Source: Prorocentrum cordatum (lineage: Eukaryota). Taken from it: a stretch of DNA of 64,000 nucleotides. Location of the stretch: positions 1-64,000 of the forward strand of contig CAUYUJ010000335.1 in the NCBI GenBank assembly GCA_963575745.1, given 5' to 3'. The notes under the pieces were generated by a model. It was given only the letters and a program-made list of their open reading frames with translations. It was not told the origin of the DNA and did not search any database. Both the position numbers and the translations under genes were made by a program. The stretch's first letter is position 1. Each line of letters opens with the position of its first letter. This document shows, piece after piece, positions 12,621 to 21,749 of the stretch.

Positions 12621-14370
12621 TTAAACGTATTTCCCTCTGCAATCGAGAACCGTCGGGAGCCACTGCGAACGTGTGCAGATAACGCCGATTCACCCAATTC
12701 CACGCCCCAAATCCCCGGGCTTGCTCGCGCGCTGTGGCAGTCTTCGCCTAGAAGACCTCCGACAGCAAAACCCAAGCCGACCGAAGCTGTGCCGTACACG
12801 TTCAAAATATTGACATGCCGCCCGTTCCGTGCTGCCCACGAGCGCCCTTCAGCTCTATCTTGCCCAAAGTACCACTTCAGGAAAACTGACCTTCTCTCTG
12901 CGATGCGCTGTATGAAAACCTCGACTTGTTCTCGCCTCTGCCAAGATCCGAGTCACGTTCAATGGGAAATATAGATCGTGCACGTTTACCCAATCGGCGT
13001 GCATCGGCCTGCACGCGAAGCAATGCTTTTTCAGCGCGCTCTCCACGAGGAATGTTGATAAGAACATGTTTGCCTGGCGCCATCAAATCAAAACGCTCAC
13101 CGTATACATTCTTCATATGGGGATCGCCAACGGCCGAACTCGTCGCCACCGTCCCTGGAAAGTGGGGACGAGGACGCGACTGGAGGTCGGGCTGCTGTCG
13201 GACTGGAAGTCGGGGACGAGGTTCGCGTTCGGACTGGAGGTCGGGCTGCTCGTCGGGCTGCCTCGTCGGGGCCGCAGTCGGGCGAAGGGTCGGACTGGAC
13301 GGGGGGACGAGGTCGGACTGGAGGTCGGGCTGCTCGTCGGACTGGACGTCGGGGGACGCGGTTCGGACTGGAGTCGGGATTGCTCGTCGGGATTGCTCGT
13401 CCCGGCCGCAGTCGGCGAAGGCGTCGGAGGACGTCGGGGAAGAGTCGGACTGGAGGCCGGGCTGCTCGTCGGATGGACCTCGGGGACGCGTCGGACTGGA
13501 GGTCGGGCTGCTCGTCGGACTGCTCGTCGGGGCCGCAGTCGGCGAAGGCGTCGGACTGGACGTCGGGGACGAGGTCGGACTGGAGGTCGGGCTGCTCGTC
13601 GGACTAGACGTCGGGGACGCGGTCGGACTGGAGGTCGGGCTGCTCGTCGGACTGGACGTCGGTGACGCGGTCGGACTGGAGGTCGGGCTGCGCGGCTGTT
13701 GCGGGCTGCTCGCCCCCACTGGGGCGTTCGGAGGACGAGGTTCGGGATGAGGATCGGGGCCCCTCGTGGGTGCTGCTTGCAGTAGGACAATGGATAAGGC
13801 TTGGGGCGGAATGGTGCTCTGTAGAGGGCGTCGCGAGACCAAAACCTACTGCCACCCCTCCCACATCCATTCTGCAACCAACGCAAACGAAGATGGGTTC
13901 TTACGGCGAGTTCGCCTGTGAACGGTGAATGCGAACGTCTGCCGACTGGGCTGGGTATGCTGATAATCGCAAACCTGCGCCTGCCAGCCAGGGTGTTGAC
14001 CAAAATTAGTGGTGCTCCGACCACGCTTTTCTCACCGTGAAGACGGCCACCTTTGGAACGGTACCAGCCAGCATAGTCAGTCGGGCCACAGCAGGAGCGT
14101 TGCATCCTGAGCATCGCAAGGAACGCTGAATCGCAGGAACGAGTATCGAGTGCCGCACCAGCCGTCGGAGTAGCGCTTGTTGACCAAAACCTGCTGGGTA
14201 CCATAATTCGTTGACTGGCAGGACTGAACATAGGTATCCGCGAGTGGCCGCTCGACGGTTGTAGCCTGAGTCGGGCTTGCAGCCATCTGCATCAGGCAGG
14301 AGTCGAAGTCCTTTCCGTTTGCCCCTGAGACTGCCAAAAACGCGGTGGCGAGTTTCACTAGCATGCTCAT
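12621..14370 (-). pseudogene. Copy 2 of the CBM96-like/PT/GDPH gene, many indels (probably unpolished read error)
   Basis: The N-terminus is intact (ORF 14077..14505). Dense 1-2 nt indels run from ~12600 to 14090, while the flanks are near-identical to unit 3. Confidence 0.78.
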
Positions 14371-14470
14371 CAACCCGATCCGAACTTGTACGAAATGAGG
14401 TCTGAAGGTATCAAGCTGTGTGTATAGTTTTCGGCATTTGCCTTGGACCGCAAACTTGATCCGAAAATGC

Positions 14471-14492
14471 CTTGAGCCAAAGTGGCTGCGGA
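14471..14492 (-). other. Genomic DinoSL relic, unit 2
   Basis: Same 22-mer upstream of gene copy 2. Confidence 0.92.
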
Positions 14493-16072
14493 CAGAAGAT
14501 CTCACTGATTTGGGTTGTGTCGTTTTCCCGCTTTCGATGGGTCCTTACGGCCGCAAGATCGCCCCAGAGTGAAGTCGGGCATGTCCCCATACAGGCGGAT
14601 CTTGGGCGACACATTAAACATTCTCAAAAAATACTCCCAACATGTTTCAAACAGTACTGTGTTAAAACATGTCCCCTGACTTGTTTGACTATCATTGAAC
14701 AGCCCCCCTGTAGAGGGACAGGCCCGACTCAATCCAAGAGGTACCCAAAGGGCCCAGAACGGAAGAGGGGGTGACGCGTTCTATCTGGGGCAGTCCCTCC
14801 GCAATAGGTTCGGTACGGGCGAAAGGGGGGGATAGCAAAAGGGGGGGTTTGAGAATCAGCTCACGGAGCTGATTTTCCCGGCGCCTCCCGGCGCGGGGAG
14901 GCGCCCATGTATCGAGGAATGGGCCCCTCGGTGGGGCCGAAACCAGCTGCACGCAGCAAATTTCGTAACCCCCCCTTTCCCAATCCCCCCCTTTCGCCCG
15001 GCCCGAATAGGGTGCGGACCGAGGTTTCGAAAGGGGTTGGAGCGTCCAAGACAGACCCAAAGGGCTCCGAGGCGGGTCCGGGGCAGGATGCCCTCCAACA
15101 TCCGCCGACCCTTCGGCTTGCGCGACACGCTTTTCAGCCTGCGCCGTCGTCGTCGTCGTCGCCAGTTCCCTCTTGTTCAATAGCACAAACAAGCGGCGCG
15201 CGTCGCATACGGTTCACCTGCGCATCGCTCTGCTTCGCATACGGTCGCTGCCGACTGGTCGCTGGGCCTCCGGGCGCGTTCCGCGCCGGTGTCAGACCGG
15301 TGTTTAGGACGTCGTGTTGGGTTCTCCCACGGGGGGGGGGGGTCTAAAACTTCTCGTCTGGGAGGGTTGAGACCCCCTCCCTTTATTACGAAATCTGGAG
15401 TACTCCTCGTCTTCACTGCCGTATTCGCTCCCGCTCTCCCGTTCCTGCTGTCCCCCCGTCCTCCCGCTCCGCGCGCAGAGCGCAGAGCTAATAAAAAGGC
15501 CCACACAGCGTCCTAGCACCGGTCTAACACCGGCGCGGAACACGCCCGGAGGCCCACCGACCAGAGCCTGTTTTTTTGGATTCAGCCAAGTTTACTTGCA
15601 TGGCGTTCGCCCCCCTCCCCCCCCTCGCCCCTCTTCAAGCGAATACTAGCGTGCAAGTGCCTTTCGACTTGCGTGATTTCCGCGCCCCCCACCCCCCAGG
15701 CTTGCTTCAGGCTCAGCCCCCCCCCCGTCCATGCAAGTAAACTTGCCAGAGTCTAGAAAAACAGGCTCCCAGTCAGCAGCGAAAAACAGGCTCCCAGTCA
15801 GCAGCGACGTCCAAAGAAGAGCAACCATATCAGAACAAGAATGCAGGGAGGACTGGAAGCAAGGAGAAGGAACTGAGGACGTGGTAGACAGCAATGCTAA
15901 ACCGCGCGGTTGGAATCTGAAGACGCTGCACGCGTGTTCCCAACACGCCACCACGAAACCAGTATGAGAGAAACGCCCAGGGCATATTTAAGAACCAAGT
16001 TGTTGGGGCGGTGCGCCGAATTCGAGGGCTGCGGGGGACCCACTGGAACTCGTTTGATAAGGCCTTTTTGGG

Positions 16073-16255
16073 TACTCCAGATTTCGTAATAAAGGGAGGG
16101 GGGTCTCATTTCGGGGGGGGTCTCTTCCAGGGCATCTTGGAGGGCCTGGGGGGGTCTGGGGACGATGTTTTGGAGGGTTCTCCCACGGGGGGGGCCTAAA
16201 ACTTCTCGTCTGGGAGGGTTGAGACCCCCTCCCTTTTATTACGAAATCTGGAGTA
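16073..16255. mobile_element. MITE family A copy
   Basis: Same TIRs and TA flanks. Confidence 0.8.
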
Positions 16256-16535
16256 GCCTTTGACAAGAAAGCGAGCAACGTTGAAAGAATACAGATCCAC
16301 AGCGGCGGGCTTGAAAAAGCCAAGAACACGGTAAGACACGCCAACACTATTAGGCGTGTTGTTGTATCGCTTTTAGCGCGTCACGAGCCCAAAGTACTCT
16401 TGTGGCCTTGCTGGGGCTCTGTCGGGGCCCCCTCTGGGGCCCTCTCGCCGCTCTCCGGGAGCCGGTCTGGAGCCCGATGAGCGCTCCTGTGGGCAGCCTT
16501 GCGGCCAGCGCGGCGCCAAGCACAGGTGGTTCTGC

Positions 16536-16720
16536 TACTCCAGATTTCGTAGTAAAAGGGAGGGGGTCTGGACCCTCCAAGACAAGCCATTTCAGACCCC
16601 CCCCCGTGAGAGAACCCTCCAAAACATCGTCCCCAGACCCCCCAGGCCCTCCAAGATAGCCTGGAGAGACCCCCCCCCCAGAAATGAGACCCCCCTCCCT
16701 TTATTACGAAATCTGGAGTA
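16536..16720. mobile_element. MITE family A copy (opposite orientation)
   Basis: Same TIRs and TA flanks. Confidence 0.8.
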
Positions 16721-16905
16721 GGCTTTCGCGATTTGTTGAACGGTGCTGGGGGCGCTTTGGGGGTCCTCACGGGGGCATCTGTGCCAAACCGCTCCTCGGC
16801 AATAACATCGGCGTGTATGCCCCCCTTCTTGGCCTCGGCAGGTCAAGACAAGGCGAGGCGGTCTCCAAAATAGCCACCAAGGTGGGACGCGATGGTCCCA
16901 CTGGG

Positions 16906-17057
16906 CTCGGGCATCTCCCTCCACAGGCAGATTTTCCTCGAAACATTAAAACATATTCAAAAAGAGCGAACACTGGTCAACAAATACTAGGAACATCTTC
17001 CCCATATTATGTTTTGACCATTTTTGGATGGTCCTCCTGTAAAGGGACGTGCCCGAC
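16906..17057 (+). mobile_element. ~150-bp 'box' element, tail-to-tail partner; equivalents ~7181-7323 and 12040-12191
   Basis: CTCGGGCATCTCCCTCCACAG ... CTGTAAAGGGACGTGCCCGAC; the core aligns by eye with the reverse complement of 17143-17249. Confidence 0.7.
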
Positions 17058-17121
17058 CCAACACTGCGCATCCAAAAGGCCTCCAGATCTACTCGAACTC
17101 CTTTTGGAGGCCCAGTGTTAA

Positions 17122-17270
17122 GTCGGGCACGTCCCTCTACAGGAGGAGTATTCAGAAATAGTAAAAAATAGTCAGAGGGAGATGTTTCTAATATTTGTTT
17201 GATCAGTTTGGGTTATTTTGAATATTTCACATGTGTCGTTGAACATCGGCTGTAGGGGGACATGCCCGAC
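17122..17270 (-). mobile_element. ~150-bp 'box' element (21-bp terminal IRs, AT-rich core) 3' of gene, unit 3; equivalents 7387-7534 and 12256-12404
   Basis: (TTAA)GTCGGGCACGTCCCTCTACAG ... CTGTAGGGGGACATGCCCGAC(CTAA). Confidence 0.75.
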
Positions 17271-17433
17271 CTAAGCTCCATGACCACCTCGGGCTAAGGT
17301 GGAAGGGCTCCCCAGGCTGGCTTGGAGAGGCCACCAGCTTCGAAGCACGGAAGGTCTTACTGATTTTTTCCTCGATTGCAAAAGTGTCCTGCGATGAACA
17401 GTTCCTGATATCGAAGTCAGTCAGCCTCGCTGT

Positions 17434-19215
17434 TCATAAACTACTGCGCAACTGAAACAACAAGAACACCTGCTGGAAAACAAGCTTAAACGTATGTTCC
17501 CTCTGCAATCGAGACCGTCGGGAGCCACTGCGAACCGTGTGCAGATACCGTAGATTCACAAATTCCACGCACCCAACCTCCGGCGTGCTCGCGTCGCTGT
17601 GGTCGTCCTCGCCTAGAAGACCTCCGACAGCAAACCCAGCTCGGCCTAAATGCTTGACGTACACGTTCAAATATGACATGCCGCCGTCCGTATGCCCACG
17701 AGCGACCTTCAGCTCTATCTTGCCCAAAGTAACCCACTTAGGAACCTCGACCTCGCTCTGCGATGCGCTGTAATGAAAACCTCCGACTTGTTCTGCCTCT
17801 GCCCAAGATCCGGTCACGTTCAAATCGTGGAAATATAGATCCGTGCACTGTTTACCCAATCGGCGTGCATCGGCCTGCACGCGAAGCAATGCTTTTTCAG
17901 CGCGCTCTCCACGAGGAATGTTGATAAGAACATGTTTGCCTGGCGCCATCAAATCAAAACGCTCACCGTATACATTCTTCATATGGGGATCGCCAACGGC
18001 CGAACTCGTCGCCACCGTCCCTGGGAAAGACGAGGACGGACTGGAGGTCGGGCTGCTCGTCGGACTGGACGTCGGGGACGCGGTCGGACTGGAGGTCGGG
18101 CTGCTCGTCGGGCTGCTCGTCGGGGCCGCAGTCGGCGAAGGCGTCGGACTGGACGTCGGGGACGAGGTCGGACTGGAGGTCGGGCTGCTCGTCGGACTGG
18201 ACGTCGGGGACGCGGTCGGACTGGAGGTCGGGCTGCTCGTCGGACTGCTCGTCGGGGCCGCAGTCGGCGAAGGCGTCGGACTGGACGTCGGGGACGAGGT
18301 CGGACTGGAGGTCGGGCTGCTCGTCGGACTGGACGTCGGGGACGCGGTCGGACTGGAGGTCGGGCTGCTCGTCGGACTGCTCGTCGGGGCCGCAGTCGGC
18401 GAAGGCGTCGGACTGGACGTCGGGGACGAGGTCGGACTGGAGGTCGGGCTGCTCGTCGGACTAGACGTCGGGGACGCGGTCGGACTGGAGGTCGGGCTGC
18501 TCGTCGGACTGGACGTCGGTGACGCGGTCGGACTGGAGGTCGGGCTGCTTGTCGGGCTGCTCGTCGGACTGGGCGTCGGGGACGAGGTCGGGCTGCTCGT
18601 CGGGGCCGTCGTGGGTGCTGCAGTAGGACACTGGAACACCAGCGACGGTCTGGTGCTCTCGTCGAGGGCTTCGCGAGACCAAAAACTACTGCCCCCCGCC
18701 CACATCCATTCTGCAACCAACGCAAACGAGATGGTGTTCTTACCGGCGAGTTTCGCCTGTGGAACGGTGCATGCGAACGCCTGCCCGACTGGGCCTGGGT
18801 ATGCCTGATAATCGCAAACCTGCTCCTGCCAGCCAGGGTGGTTGGACCAAATAGTGGTGCTTTCCGACCACGCGTTCTGCACCGTGAAGACGGCCACCTT
18901 TGGAAAGGTACCAGCAGCATAGTCAGTCGGCCACAGCAGGAGCGTTGCATCCTGAGCATCGCAAGGAACGCTGAATTGCAGGAACGAGTATCGAGTGCCG
19001 CACCAGCCGTCGGAGTAGCGCTTGTTGACCAAAACCTGCTGGGTACCATAATTCGTTGACTGGCAGGACTGAACATAGGTATCCGCGAGTGGCCGCTCGA
19101 CGGTTGTAGCCTGAGTCGGGCTTGCAGCCATCTGCATCAGGCAGGAGTCGAAGTCCTTTCCGTTTGCCCCTGAGACTGCCAAAAACGCGGTGGCGAGTTT
19201 CACTAGCATGCTCAT
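17434..19215 (-). CDS. Secreted/surface protein: signal peptide + DNRLRE/CBM96-like domain + PT(SS) mucin-like stalk + GDPH (VWD/root-cap-like) C-terminal domain; intronless
   Basis: The first ATG downstream of the SL relic gives MSMLVKLATAFLAVSGANG (signal-like). Motifs ADTYV..TNYG..R.SFLQF..ATLLL..W.ESTTIW.N.P..SRE..RPSLV are typical of DNRLRE/CBM96 domains. A long PTSS repeat follows, then SAVGDPHMKNVYGERFDL. The last ~30 codons are frameshifted relative to copy 1, whose stop corresponds to 17486. Confidence 0.85.
   Translation of the reverse strand: MSMLVKLATAFLAVSGANGKDFDSCLMQMAASPTQATTVERPLADTYVQSCQSTNYGTQQVLVNKRYSDGWCGTRYSFLQFSVPCDAQDATLLLWPTDYAAGTFPKVAVFTVQNAWSESTTIWSNHPGWQEQVCDYQAYPGPVGQAFACTVPQAKLAGKNTISFALVAEWMWAGGSSFWSREALDESTRPSLVFQCPTAAPTTAPTSSPTSSPTPSPTSSPTSSPTSSPTASPTSSPTSSPTSSPTASPTSSPTSSPTSSPTSSPTSSPTPSPTAAPTSSPTSSPTSSPTASPTSSPTSSPTSSPTSSPTSSPTPSPTAAPTSSPTSSPTSSPTASPTSSPTSSPTSSPTSSPTSSPTPSPTAAPTSSPTSSPTSSPTASPTSSPTSSPTSSPSSSFPGTVATSSAVGDPHMKNVYGERFDLMAPGKHVLINIPRGERAEKALLRVQADARRLGKQCTDLYFHDLNVTGSWAEAEQVGGFHYSASQSEVEVPKWVTLGKIELKVARGHTDGGMSYLNVYVKHLGRAGFAVGGLLGEDDHSDASTPEVGCVEFVNLRYLHTVRSGSRRSRLQREHTFKLVFQQVFLLFQLRSSL
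18030..18625 (-). repeat. Coding 12-bp (PTSS) repeat with 120-bp higher-order unit
   Basis: 18181-18300 and 18301-18420 are identical; the unit encodes a 40-aa PTSS/PTAS/PTPS/PTAA block. Confidence 0.9.
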
Positions 19216-19315
19216 CAACCCGATCCGAACTTGTACGAAATGAGGTCTGAAGGTATCAAGCTGTGTGTATAGTTTTCGGCGTTTGCCTTGGACCGCAAAC
19301 TTGATCCGAAAATGC

Positions 19316-19337
19316 CTTGAGCCAAAGTGGCTGCGGA
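19316..19337 (-). other. Genomic relic of dinoflagellate spliced leader (DinoSL), unit 3
   Basis: Minus strand TCCGCAGCCACTTTGGCTCAAG vs canonical DCCGTAGCCATTTTGGCTCAAG (20/22). It is followed directly by a second relic GCATTTTCGGATCAAG (19300-19315). Confidence 0.92.
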
Positions 19338-19418
19338 CGGAAGATCTCACTGATTTGGGTTGTGTCGTTTTCCCGCTTTCGATGGGTCCTTACGGCCGCA
19401 AGATCGCCCCAGAATGAA

Positions 19419-19573
19419 GTCGGGCATGTCCCCCTACAGGCGGATCTTGGGCGACACATTAAACATTCTCAAAAAATACTCCCAACATGTTTCAAACAGT
19501 ACTGTGTTAAAACATGTCCCCTGACTTGTTTGACTATCGTTGAACAGCCCCCCTGTAGAGGGACAGGCCCGAC
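19419..19573 (+). mobile_element. ~150-bp 'box' element 5' of gene, unit 3; equivalents 9700-9854 and 14574-14728
   Basis: GTCGGGCATGTCCCCCTACAG ... CTGTAGAGGGACAGGCCCGAC; the core resembles the reverse complement of the 17122-17270 core. Confidence 0.75.
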
Positions 19574-20532
19574 TCAATCCAAGAGGTACCCAAAGGGCCC
19601 AGAACGGAAGAGGGGGTGACGCGTTCTATCTGGGGCAGTCCCTCCGCATAGGTCGGGTCGGGCGAAAGGGGGGGATAGCAAAGGGGGGGGGTGAGAATCA
19701 GCTCGCGTAGCTGATTTTCCTGGCGCCTCCCGGCGCCGGGAGGCGCCCATGTATCGAGGAATGGGCCCCTCGGTGGGGCCGAAACCAGCTGCACGCAGCA
19801 AATTTTGTAACCCCCCCTTTCCCAATCCCCCCCTTTCGCCCGGCCCGAATAGGGTGCGGACCGAGGTTTCGAAAGGGGTTGGAGCGTCCAAGACAGACCC
19901 AAAGGGCTCCGAGGCGGGTCCGGGGCAGGATGCCCTCCAACATCCGCCGACCCTTCGGCTTGCGCGACACGCTTTTCAGCCTGCGCCGTCGTCGTCGTCG
20001 TCGCCAGTTCCCTCTTGTTCAATAGCACAAACAAGCGGCGCGCGTGCCCTGGCTCTTGCACCAGGGAGCCGCGAAGGACAGGAGGCTCCTGCTCCCTTCC
20101 TTCAGGAGGGGCTTCCGAGCTGTAGAACACAGCGGGCAAGGCCAGGGGGGCGGCCAGGGGGAGAGCGAGGGGAGCTGGGGAGGGCTGGGTTGAGGAGTCC
20201 AGGGCAGGGACAGGACGGCCAGGGGGGAAGACGAACGGCGAACGAACGAACGAACGACGACGACGAAAACAAAGAAGCCCGAGCTCTCGGACACAGCTGT
20301 GCAAGAGAATGAACGTCGTAGCTGAATCGATGTCATTCCCTCTTTCCCTCCCTTCCCTGACGAGGGGCATGGGGGGCGCGGGAGGGGGCCCTGGTCAGAA
20401 TGCCGCCCCCCCCGAGTTCTCGGCGGGTCTCCGGGGGGGTCGCCCGCGGGGGTCCCAGGGAAGGCCCCGCCTGTGGTGGTGGGGGGGAGCTCCCAATCAG
20501 AATGCCGCCTTCCCCCGGGGCCCCAGCGTTAG

Positions 20533-20667
20533 GTCGGGCATGTCCCGCTGCAGGCAGATTTTGGACGAAACATACAAGTACCCCCCCAAGTATTCCCAGA
20601 AAACTAAAAAATAGTTAAAACAGCGTCCCCAGATTTTTTGTTAGTATTCCCCCTGGACAGGCCCGAC
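20533..20667 (+). mobile_element. Diverged 'box' element outside the array; a further partial opposite-orientation copy starts at 21591
   Basis: GTCGGGCATGTCCCGCTGCAG-gcagattttggacgaaacat...ggacaggcccgac(ttag); at 21569-21640 ccttttggaggtccagtgttaagtcgtgtgcgtccctc. Confidence 0.6.
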
Positions 20668-20747
20668 TTAGCCCCAGCGGGTCCCAGGGGGTGGGGGGGT
20701 GGTCCCGGGTCAGAATGCTGCAACCCCCCGGTGCCCCGGGGAATGAG

Positions 20748-20915
20748 CTGGTTTCGCCCCGCTGGTTTCGCTGGCGCTGGTTTCGCCGGCGCTAGTTTCG
20801 CTGGCGCTGGTTTCGCTGGCGCTGGTTTCGCCGGCGGCTGCTTTCGCCCGCGCTGGTTTCGCCGACACCGTCGTCGCCGTCGGCATTGCCGTTGGCGCCG
20901 CCGCCGCCGCCGCTA

Positions 20916-20996
<81 letters not shown>

Positions 20997-21565
20997 GGCG
21001 TCGGGCGTCGGGCGTCGGACCCGAGCAGACGAGTCGGACTGGGCGGGCGGACCCGAGCGGGCGAACCCCAACGGGCGGGTCGGGTCGGGCGGGCGGGACA
21101 TCCAGAGTGCGGGGCGCGTTCGACCGAACACGCGCGAACCGTAACAGACGGGTCGGGCCGGACGGGCGGACCCTAGCGGGCCGGGTCGGGTCGGGTCGGG
21201 CGGGCGAAATCTAAAGGGCGCGGGCGGGTCGGGTCGAGCGGGGCATCAACATGTTGGGCACGCTCGACCACGCACGCGCGAACCGTAACGGGCGGGTCGG
21301 GTCGGGCGGGCGGACCCACGCGGGTCGGGTCGGGTCGGGCGGGCGGACCCTGACGGTCGGATCGGGTCGGGCGGGACATTAAACATGGGGGCGCGTTCCC
21401 GCGAACACGCGCGAGCCCTAACGGGGAGGTGTGGGTCGGGCGAGCGGACCTTGGCGGGCGGGTCGGGTCGGGTCGGGCAGGCGGACCTTAACGGGTGGGT
21501 CGGGTCGAGGGGTCGGGTCGGGTCGGGCGGGCGGACCCTGGCGGGCGGGTCGGGTCGGATCGGGC
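20748..21565. repeat. Low-complexity block: (GCTGGTTTCGCYGGC)n, (GTC)n at ~20916-20995, and (GGGTC/GGGC)n
   Basis: Read directly from the sequence. Confidence 0.9.
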
Positions 21566-21749
21566 GAGCCTTTTGGAGGTCCAGTGTTAAGTCGTGTGCG
21601 TCCCTCAACCAGAGGACTATTCAAAAGCAGTCAAAACTTATAGCCGGAGTGCAGTATCCCCAAACAGGGCTTTTACCCCCCCGCGGTTTCCAAGGTCGAC
21701 TGCGTCTCCGTATTCTTCGTTCAGACTCACTCCTACGCAAACGCACTCA

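Larger units (their letters stand above)
5500..20045. repeat. Tandem gene array: three ~4.85-kb direct units (approx. 5500-10375, 10376-15243, 15244-20045)
   Basis: The same gene and spacer recur at offsets of ~4845-4875 bp (ORF starts 9631/14505/19350; 10421/15289). Unit 3 diverges into unrelated sequence after acaagcggcgcgcgt at ~20045. Confidence 0.96.

Noticed and set aside
17843..18808. Antisense VGLxVG and Arg-rich ORFs over the PT repeat (also in units 1 and 2)
   Set aside because: These are shadow frames of the stop-free 12-bp coding repeat.
19316..19337. SL RNA gene
   Set aside because: It has two mismatches to the invariant SL and is followed by another relic and a CDS rather than a GT-starting SL RNA intron.
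19216..19350. 45-aa N-terminal extension in the ORF track (MRSSVRSHFGSR...)
   Set aside because: It starts at a GTG and translates through the SL relic and 5' UTR; the ATG at 19215 gives a proper signal peptide.
17247..19442. 3-bp GGC target duplication around TGTAG...CTACA
   Set aside because: Both GGC trinucleotides lie inside the homologous box elements, so the match is probably coincidental.
16906..19573. Bacterial integron attC cassette array
   Set aside because: The architecture is superficially similar, but the elements alternate in orientation, lack consistent attC core sites, and no integrase is present.
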